The notes under the pieces: model-generated
Databases searched by the model: none
What the model saw: the letters and a program-made list of their open reading frames with translations, nothing else
What the model was told of the DNA's origin: nothing
Source: Armatimonadota bacterium
GTDB lineage: Bacteria > Armatimonadota > Hebobacteria > CAIYQO01
DNA length: 13,628 bases
Assembly: GCA_038248345.1 (NCBI GenBank)
Contig: JBBRXO010000072.1
Coordinates: 1-13,628 of the forward strand
Direction: 5' to 3'
Part shown: positions 7,795 through 13,628 of the stretch, one piece after another
Layout of the letters: every line of letters begins with the position of its first letter
Numbering within the stretch: position 1 is the first letter of the stretch
Program-made: the position numbers and the translations under genes

Positions 7795-8889
7795 TCAATT
7801 CTCCCGCAGATACTCCCCCGCCCACGTTTCAAACGTCCCCGCTACTATCTGTTCACGGATTTTCGCCATCAGCTGTTGATAGAAGGTGATGTTGTGCAGG
7901 CTGAGGCAACGAAGCGCCAGAATCTCGCCGGCTTTCAGCAGGTGGTGCAGGTAGGCGCGACTATGATGCTGGCAGACGTCGCACGGGCAGCTCTCATCGA
8001 GGGGGTTGGGGTCAGTGGTGAATTTGGCATTGCGCATATTCAGGCGGCCACCCCAGGTGAAGGCGGTGCTGTTGCGCCCCATGCGCGTGGGCAGCACGCA
8101 GTCGAACATATCCACCCCGTGCAGCACGCCGCGCACCAGGTCGGCGGGGGTGCCCACGCCCATCAGGTAGCGCGGTTTCTCCACGGGTAGCAGTGGGGTG
8201 GTGACGTCGAGCATCGCCCACATCTGTTCCTTCGGCTCGCCCACCGAGAGGCCGCCGATAGAGTAGCCGGGGAAGTCCATTGCCACCAGCGTCTGGGCGC
8301 TGGTGCGGCGCAGCTCCTCATCAAAGCCCCCCTGCACGATGCCGAAGAGCGCCTGGCCCGTCTCCTGCCGCCAGGCGGCGCGGCCGCGTGCGGCCCAGCG
8401 GTGGGTACGCTCGGTGGCAATGGCGGTCTCCTCGCGCGTGGCCCCCCAGGCAATGGGCTGATCGAAAGACATCATGATATCTGAGCCCAGCCGCTGTTGT
8501 ACGTTAATAGCTTTCTCCGGGCTCATGAAGTGATCGCTGCCGTCGATGTGTGACTTGAAGGCGAGGCCATCCTCTGATACTTTGTGTAGCTTGGCCAGGC
8601 TGAATATCTGGTACCCACCACTGTCGGTGAGGATGCTCCCGCCCCAACCCTGAAACTTATGCACACCGCCAAAAGACTCAATCAACTCCACGCCGGGGCG
8701 CAGGTAGAGGTGGTACGCGTTATTGAGGATGATCTGCGCCCCGGTGCCGCGCACCTCCGCGGGCGTCAGCCCCTTCACGGTGGCCTGGGTGCCCACCGGC
8801 ATGAAAGCCGGGGTATCAATCTCCCCCGCCCGCGTAGTCAACACCCCGCGCCGCGCGCGCCCATCGGTAGCCGAAATAGAAAATTTCAC
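7795..8889 (-). CDS. tgt: tRNA-guanine(34) transglycosylase (queuine tRNA-ribosyltransferase)
   Basis: TPAFMPVGT, NAYHL, DSGGYQIFSL, GIVQGG, GGLSVGEP, PRYLMGVG, DMFDCVLPTR, Zn site CPCDVC...HN. Start reassigned to GTG 8889 (SD GAGGTG), 364 aa. Confidence 0.97.
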   Translation of the reverse strand: MKFSISATDGRARRGVLTTRAGEIDTPAFMPVGTQATVKGLTPAEVRGTGAQIILNNAYHLYLRPGVELIESFGGVHKFQGWGGSILTDSGGYQIFSLAKLHKVSEDGLAFKSHIDGSDHFMSPEKAINVQQRLGSDIMMSFDQPIAWGATREETAIATERTHRWAARGRAAWRQETGQALFGIVQGGFDEELRRTSAQTLVAMDFPGYSIGGLSVGEPKEQMWAMLDVTTPLLPVEKPRYLMGVGTPADLVRGVLHGVDMFDCVLPTRMGRNSTAFTWGGRLNMRNAKFTTDPNPLDESCPCDVCQHHSRAYLHHLLKAGEILALRCLSLHNITFYQQLMAKIREQIVAGTFETWAGEYLREN

Positions 8890-8906
8890 AAATTCACCTC
8901 GTGAGT

Positions 8907-8915
8907 ATTTTACCA
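8907..8915 (-). promoter_or_regulatory. Extended -10 promoter of tgt (TGGTAAAAT)
   Basis: TGnTAAAAT ends 17 nt upstream of GTG 8889, just before the SD; supports the shorter start. Confidence 0.5.
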
Positions 8916-9020
8916 TGAAGGTGGTATCGGTGGCACGTGCCAATGCGGAGATTGGCGTCCTTCCAGACACTTCTGTTTTGACAATCTGCATCGATATCCC
9001 GTGTTACGGCGCAGCCGGCC

Positions 9021-9258
9021 AAATCGGGAACTGTCCTCGCGCACAGCACCCGGTAAAAGCGAGATTTGTACCTCCCATAGTTAGCCCCTTTCTTATTTTC
9101 AGCATCCGTTCGGGACTGTCCCCACCTGGTCGAAACAACCTCACCTTTCGACCGGGTGGGACAGTTCTAACCGGGTTCCAGACACGAAAACGGGTGCAAA
9201 TATGGGGGGCTGGGCTATGAAAATATCGGGTGCTATTCGCGAGGACAGCCCCCGATTT
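9021..9258. repeat. About 240-bp nested inverted-repeat element (MITE-like)
   Basis: Outer arms 9021-9052 / 9227-9258 (28/32 match); inner stem 9115-9135 / 9146-9165. Both left arms carry a GGRACTGTCC motif. Confidence 0.8.
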
Positions 9259-9280
9259 TATGCGCACTGGGCTAAAAATT

Positions 9281-9416
9281 CGCGCCACGGCGGGCGCGGG
9301 CTACAGAGTTGGCGATCAGATAGCGCCCTTCAGGGTGCTTGATCTTATAGCCACGTGCTTTAGCGCGTGGTGCTGGGATCGAGGCCCCGTTCTCATGGGC
9401 GGGACGCCCATGGTAC
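9281..9416. repeat. Cluster of four different REP-like hairpins
   Basis: 9281-9304 (identical to 967-990); AGCGCCCTTCAGGGTGCT 9322-9339; 9350-9370 (similar to 3390-3410); CATGGGCGGGACGCCCATG 9394-9412 followed by GTAC. Confidence 0.75.
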
Positions 9417-9578
9417 GATCCTGCCGGCACAATTGAGAGCTATTACCCGCCCCTATTGATTACCGTCCCGAATCTGTGTAACAATGTACTTAAGTGTTGT
9501 CTCCTTCGAAACGGACACTTTCGTGTGTGATTTGGATCGTAAGCAACGCACATTTTGGTCAAGTAAGGGAGTAGGTGA

Positions 9579-11279
9579 ATGTTGGTAAACAGGATACTGA
9601 TTATGGCAGTGGTATTATCAATTATGACGGCGATGGCGAGTGCCGGGATGGGCGTGCCGGATACGGGGATGCGCTCCCTGCTGCGGGCCGGGGATGAGAT
9701 TCTTTGCGTGGGGGATTCGATCACTGCGCAGGGGGTCTATGGTGGCTATCTACAGCAGGCAGTTGACACCGCCTATCCGGGCCAGCAGATTCGCGTCGTG
9801 AATCTAGGGGTAAATGGCATGACGGCGCCCGGCGGTGTGGAAAGTCTGCGCGGCTACTTAAAAGACCATACGCCGACTGTCGTGACCGTTATGTTTGGCG
9901 TGAATGACACCGGCTGGAGCTCTAATGACGCTGAACAAAAGGCGAAGAATTACGAGACGGCGTTGAAGGCATATATCACACTGGCGCAGGAGAAGCAATT
10001 CCACTTAATCTTCTTACGTGAAACCGGGTTTTCTCATACAGCTAAAGCGGACGTCTGGGTAGCCGGTGTCAATGTGATGCTCGATCAGCTGTTAGTAGTA
10101 CAGGATCGTGTGGGCCGTGAAGCCGACGTGCCGGTCATCGACGTGCATAATGCGTACTTGAAAGCGTTGAATGCCGCCTGGGCTAAAGACCCACGCTACG
10201 AATTAACCCCCGACGTCGTCCATCCCACACAGCCCGGTCATGCCGCCATGGCGGCCGAGATCATGCGTGCGTTCGGCGTCGGCTTGCCGCTGGCCGTGGG
10301 GGAGCAGCGCGGCCCGGTACGAGTAGGGAAGAGTCCTCGCGTTACCATGCAAGCGCTGGATGCCGTCGGCGTTAGCGCTGCAAATAAGAATAGCGGTAAC
10401 GCGGTTTTGGAAGTGAACGTCACCAACTTGACCGGTGAGCGGATCAACGGTGAACTAAGCTGTATGTTGGCCGGTAAGAAGAGCACAAAGAAGGTTAAGC
10501 TGGCCGCCTACGCGCATCAGCTAGTCTCCTTCAATATTGACCTGGCAGATATGAAGGAACGCTGGACGGTGCTACCCGGCTACGTGACATTCACCACTAA
10601 AGATAGCTTTGATGCTGACGAGGCGCTCTTCTTCTGCTCCTCCGTTATCCCGGCAGCGCGTCAAACAGCTATTCCCGCTGATTTTCAGTTAGAGGTCCTC
10701 GATCAAAAGTCCACGCTACCGTGCCCGGTAAAAGACCTGGTCGTCTCGCGCCAGGGCGACGCGCTGACCGTCTCCTTCACGTGGATGGGAGCCAAGCGCA
10801 TCCCCGCCCAGGCTGGTTTTAAGAATCGTTACGGAAAAATTATCGACACGCCGCTGGACCTGCTCTCCCGTGATGGGCAGCCGTGCGACGCCGTCGAGTT
10901 GTTTTTCGATACCCGTGGCATCCTTGAGCTCGGTCGGTTTACCTCCGATGTAGACTCTAACCCGGCAGGCATCACCCGAATCGGGATTTACCATGAATTG
11001 CAGGGTGATAAACTCGTCGCTGCAATGCAGGCACTCCCTACTACTCCTGTTGGCTCCATCCAGCCGCTTATTGTGGTGGGCAACCGCTACACGTTGACCG
11101 TTGCCCTGCCTCCGGCGCAGCTCATCGGCTTCTCGGCAACCGTCAGCGCACGGGAAACCTTCGGAACCTCCGGGAATTTCTATCGCCTCACCGGCCGCCC
11201 CAACGTCGTGCTTGAGCCGATGAGTTATATGTTGCTTGGCACCAACCAGCCACAAAAATTCTACCGCATCGGATATTGA
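9579..11279 (+). CDS. Secreted SGNH/GDSL hydrolase family protein with an uncharacterised beta-rich C-terminal region
   Basis: Signal peptide ending AMASA; block I GDSIT, block II NLGVNG, block III FGVND, block V DVVHP..GH; SD GGGAGTAGG; 566 aa. Confidence 0.9.
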   Translation: MLVNRILIMAVVLSIMTAMASAGMGVPDTGMRSLLRAGDEILCVGDSITAQGVYGGYLQQAVDTAYPGQQIRVVNLGVNGMTAPGGVESLRGYLKDHTPTVVTVMFGVNDTGWSSNDAEQKAKNYETALKAYITLAQEKQFHLIFLRETGFSHTAKADVWVAGVNVMLDQLLVVQDRVGREADVPVIDVHNAYLKALNAAWAKDPRYELTPDVVHPTQPGHAAMAAEIMRAFGVGLPLAVGEQRGPVRVGKSPRVTMQALDAVGVSAANKNSGNAVLEVNVTNLTGERINGELSCMLAGKKSTKKVKLAAYAHQLVSFNIDLADMKERWTVLPGYVTFTTKDSFDADEALFFCSSVIPAARQTAIPADFQLEVLDQKSTLPCPVKDLVVSRQGDALTVSFTWMGAKRIPAQAGFKNRYGKIIDTPLDLLSRDGQPCDAVELFFDTRGILELGRFTSDVDSNPAGITRIGIYHELQGDKLVAAMQALPTTPVGSIQPLIVVGNRYTLTVALPPAQLIGFSATVSARETFGTSGNFYRLTGRPNVVLEPMSYMLLGTNQPQKFYRIGY

Positions 11280-11293
11280 ACGTTTTTTAGATT

Positions 11294-11363
11294 GAACCAC
11301 GATGACACGAAGACACGACGAGAAATTAAATTCTTTCTTCGTGTCTTTGTGCCTTCGTGGTTC
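11294..11363. repeat. Inverted repeat made of 8-bp units (ACGAAGRC), gene-less; may act as a bidirectional terminator
   Basis: GAACCACGATGACACGAAGACACGACGAGA (11294-11323) versus the reverse complement of 11334-11363, GAACCACGAAGGCACAAAGACACGAAGAAA (25/30); 10-nt AT loop; lies between convergent genes. Confidence 0.85.
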
Positions 11364-11366
11364 GTA

Positions 11367-12095
11367 TTAAAATCTCAACACCCTGCACGCATTAGCCCAC
11401 ACTATCTCTTCCAGCTCCGCCGCCGGTATACCCCGCTGGGCGGCGATGAATTGCAGTACCTGGCGGGCGTGGATCGGCTCTGCTTGTGCGGCGGGGACGC
11501 CGTCTAGCGCCATGAAGGGGGCGTCGGTTTCGGTGAGGATGCGCTCCAGCGGTGCGGTGCGTAGTGCGGTGTGCGCGTGGCGGCTGTTGGCGCGGGTGGC
11601 CATGCCGGCGAAACTTAAGTACAGCCCACGTTTCAGCGCCTCCTGCATCACCTCGGCGCTGCCGCTGAAGGCGTGCATAATGCCGCGCACGGGGGTCTCA
11701 TCCAGACAGCGGAAGATCTCCTGCCACCCGTGGCGGCAATGGATGATCACCGGCAAGTCATGCTCTCGTGCCAGCAGCAACTGGGTGCGAAATGCCGAAA
11801 CTTGCAGCTCCAGCGGAACCTGCCCGGTATGGTCCGTCCCCACTTCTCCCAGCGCCACCACCTTCGGCACGGTGAGTAACTCCGCCAGCCACGCCAGGTC
11901 GTCACCGGCGACAAAGAACGGGTGCACCCCCACCGCCGCATATACATTGGGTATCTCCGCCGCCAGCGCCACCGCCCGCCGCGATGAAGCCTCGTCCCAC
12001 CCCGGCGCCACCACCGCCCCCACGCGGCCAGCCACCTCGGTCTCCCGCCCAGCAAACATTTCATTATTCAAATGGCAATGAACGTCAATTATCAT
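11367..12095 (-). CDS. TatD family metal-dependent hydrolase/DNase
   Basis: IDVHCHL, AVGVHP, ALGEVG, IIHCR, GIMHAFSGS, LTETDAPF, NACRVL; 242 aa. Confidence 0.95.
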   Translation of the reverse strand: MIIDVHCHLNNEMFAGRETEVAGRVGAVVAPGWDEASSRRAVALAAEIPNVYAAVGVHPFFVAGDDLAWLAELLTVPKVVALGEVGTDHTGQVPLELQVSAFRTQLLLAREHDLPVIIHCRHGWQEIFRCLDETPVRGIMHAFSGSAEVMQEALKRGLYLSFAGMATRANSRHAHTALRTAPLERILTETDAPFMALDGVPAAQAEPIHARQVLQFIAAQRGIPAAELEEIVWANACRVLRF

Positions 12096-12104
12096 TTTTT
12101 TTTC

Positions 12105-12133
12105 AACACAGAGGCACAGAGAGCACAGAGAGG
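12105..12133 (+). repeat. Left 29-bp inverted repeat flanking the GxxExxY gene
   Basis: AACACAGAGGCACAGAGAGCACAGAGAGG; 28/29 match to the reverse complement of 12541-12569; ends 1 nt from the stop codon. Confidence 0.92.
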
Positions 12134-12134
12134 G

Positions 12135-12533
12135 TTATTTTACTATGCGTTTGATTCCATTTTTCATCAGATCAACATTGAAATTCATCAAGATGCCAAT
12201 GCGATAATTGGTTAGCTTCAGATAAGTCATAACCTGAGCTGAATGAACTGACAAGAGCGATTCGACCGATTTAAGTTCAATAATTATCTGTTTTTCAACA
12301 ATAATGTCCGCACGGAAGCCTGCGTCGAGATTAATCCCACGGTATGTAACAGGTAATGGAACCTGTCGTTCAAACTCAATACCTGTCAGGCGCAACTCAT
12401 GCGCTAAACAAGTCTCATACACACTCTCTAATAAGCCTGGCCCCAATTCTTTATGTACTTGAATAGCAGCGCCAATTACTTTCCCCGTCAGGATATTCAA
12501 TTTACCAGGAATTTCATCAAATCTTACGTCCAT
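12135..12533 (-). CDS. GxxExxY protein (PD-(D/E)XK nuclease-like fold)
   Basis: VHKELGPGLLESVYETCL, FRADIIVEKQIIIELKSV, HSAQVMTYLK, GILMNFN. Start reassigned to ATG 12533 (SD AGAGGA supplied by the repeat end), 132 aa; AT-rich compared with neighbours. Confidence 0.93.
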   Translation of the reverse strand: MDVRFDEIPGKLNILTGKVIGAAIQVHKELGPGLLESVYETCLAHELRLTGIEFERQVPLPVTYRGINLDAGFRADIIVEKQIIIELKSVESLLSVHSAQVMTYLKLTNYRIGILMNFNVDLMKNGIKRIVK

Positions 12534-12540
12534 TATTAAT

Positions 12541-12569
12541 CCTCTCTGTGCCCTCTGTGCCTCTGTGTT
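12541..12569 (-). repeat. Right 29-bp inverted repeat flanking the GxxExxY gene
   Basis: CCTCTCTGTGCCCTCTGTGCCTCTGTGTT; 7 nt from the start codon and 10 nt from the SDR stop. Confidence 0.92.
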
Positions 12570-12579
12570 TAAATAAAGA

Positions 12580-13332
12580 CTACCCCATGTGCAATCCGCC
12601 ATCGACTGATATCGCTTGCCCGGTCATGTAGGCTGCTGCAGGGGAGGAGAGGTAGGCTACTAGCGAGGCGACTTCCGATGGGGTGCCGAAGCGGGCTTGG
12701 GGGATGCCGCGCAGCAGGCCTTCACGGCGGGTCTCGTCCATGTCGCCGGTCATCTCCGTCTCGATCATCCCTGGGCAAACGGCGTTCACGGTGATCCCCT
12801 GCGGTGCAACCTCGCGCGCCAGTGCGCGTGTCATCCCCAGCAGGCCGGCTTTGGCGGCGGCGTAGTTGGCGCGGCGCACGTCGCCGGTGAAGGCGGCGTC
12901 GCTGCTGATGTTGATGATCCGCCCCCACTTGGCGCGCTGCATCCCGGCCAGTACCGCCTTGCAGCAGTGGAAAGACCCGGTGAGGCAGGTGCGCAACACT
13001 TCGTCCCAGGCGTCGGCGGACATGAAGCGCAGGTAGTTATCGTTGACGATGCCGGCGTTGTTCACCAGCACACCCACCGCCCCCAGCTCCTCGGCGATAC
13101 GCTTGAAGGTCGCCTTCACCGCCGCTTCATCGGTGACGTCGAGCTGATAGCAGCGGGCACTCCCACCTGCAGCCACGACATCGGCGACAACAGCCTCCGC
13201 CGCCTCCTGCTGCGCACGATAGGTCACAGCCACCGTGGCGCCAGCCGCTGCCAGCTCACCCGCCACCGCCCGCCCGATCCCGCGCGAGGCCCCGGTAATC
13301 ACCGCAATTTTGCCCATCAAGCTCATCTCCAT
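12580..13332 (-). CDS. fabG: 3-oxoacyl-ACP reductase-like short-chain dehydrogenase/reductase
   Basis: TGASRGIG, LVNNAGI, GRIINISS, NYAAAKAG (YxxxK), ITVNAVCPG, YMTGQAISVDGG. Start reassigned to ATG 13332 (AAGGTGG upstream), about 250 aa. Exact substrate uncertain. Confidence 0.85.
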   Translation of the reverse strand: MEMSLMGKIAVITGASRGIGRAVAGELAAAGATVAVTYRAQQEAAEAVVADVVAAGGSARCYQLDVTDEAAVKATFKRIAEELGAVGVLVNNAGIVNDNYLRFMSADAWDEVLRTCLTGSFHCCKAVLAGMQRAKWGRIINISSDAAFTGDVRRANYAAAKAGLLGMTRALAREVAPQGITVNAVCPGMIETEMTGDMDETRREGLLRGIPQARFGTPSEVASLVAYLSSPAAAYMTGQAISVDGGLHMG

Positions 13333-13548
13333 CGTACACCACCTTATAGGTGGATTAATTCGGCGACGGGGGGGTGGTGTCCTGCAAATTGCGGTTTGGG
13401 GCAATGTTACTATGCATAGCACTGTACCACAGCATTTATATACTATACTATTGTGTTGCGGATCATAATATATAGTTGGCTTATCCCACAACCCGATTCA
13501 ATGTATGACCTACTAGGGTACAATAGCTCTAAAAATGACACTAACATA

Positions 13549-13628
13549 GCCCCGGGCGAAACCCGGGTAGGCTTTTTGAGCACTTCACCTTGGGCTTTTT
13601 AACCCCTTTCCCGGGTTTCGCCCGGGGC
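13549..13628. repeat. REP doublet (19-bp perfect inverted pair), truncated by the window end
   Basis: GCCCCGGGCGAAACCCGGG 13549-13567 and CCCGGGTTTCGCCCGGGGC 13610-13628; same TAGCCC-hairpin style as 3222-3244. Confidence 0.8.

Noticed and set aside
6219..8889. dpd-type 7-deazaguanine DNA modification island
   Set aside because: The tgt is a canonical, host-GC tRNA enzyme rather than DpdA, and no dpdB/C or que genes are present.
8890..9260. preQ1 riboswitch or long N-terminal extension for tgt
   Set aside because: No preQ1 consensus recognised. An SD and extended -10 lie directly before GTG 8889, so the upstream palindrome is probably outside the 5' UTR.
7670..9724. Small ORFs over tgt and the 9.0-9.5 kb repeat region
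   Set aside because: Antisense shadows or translations of palindromic repeats with no protein-like features.
12534..12602. N-terminal extension of GxxExxY (MADCTWG...NTEAQRAQR) and ORF 11292-11507 (MNHDDTKTRRE)
   Set aside because: These are translations of the DNA repeats. The first also overlaps the SDR stop, and a better SD-linked start exists at 12533.
11446..13468. Plus-strand ORFs 11446-12081, 12697-13419 and similar
   Set aside because: Antisense shadows of the TatD and SDR genes.

Overview
Bacterial chromosomal window. The two GFTLIE/DUF1559-type prepilin genes suggest an Armatimonadota- or PVC-like host, which is inference. GC-rich housekeeping genes (uvrB, tgt, a TatD-family nuclease, a FabG-like SDR) alternate with lower-GC accessory genes: two paralogous prepilin-like proteins (one fused to an FGE/SUMF1 C-type-lectin-fold domain), a sugar-phosphate isomerase/epimerase TIM barrel, a secreted SGNH hydrolase, a DUF5131 gene with a broken three-Cys-motif partner (TcmP) gene, and a GxxExxY nuclease-fold gene. 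Intergenic regions are crowded with several families of palindromic REP/MITE-like elements. Three observations stand out. (1) The GxxExxY gene is framed exactly by 29-bp inverted repeats built of 8-9-bp units, and a gene-less version of the same architecture lies about 750 bp away, suggesting a mobile single-gene cassette system. (2) The pilin-FGE fusion has a run of NNC codons exactly where DGR variable regions lie. (3) The AT-rich tcmP-DUF5131 cassette downstream of tgt has an internally deleted, frameshifted tcmP. No rRNA, tRNA, CRISPR array, transposase or reverse transcriptase was seen. All calls are from reading motifs by eye; no searches were run.
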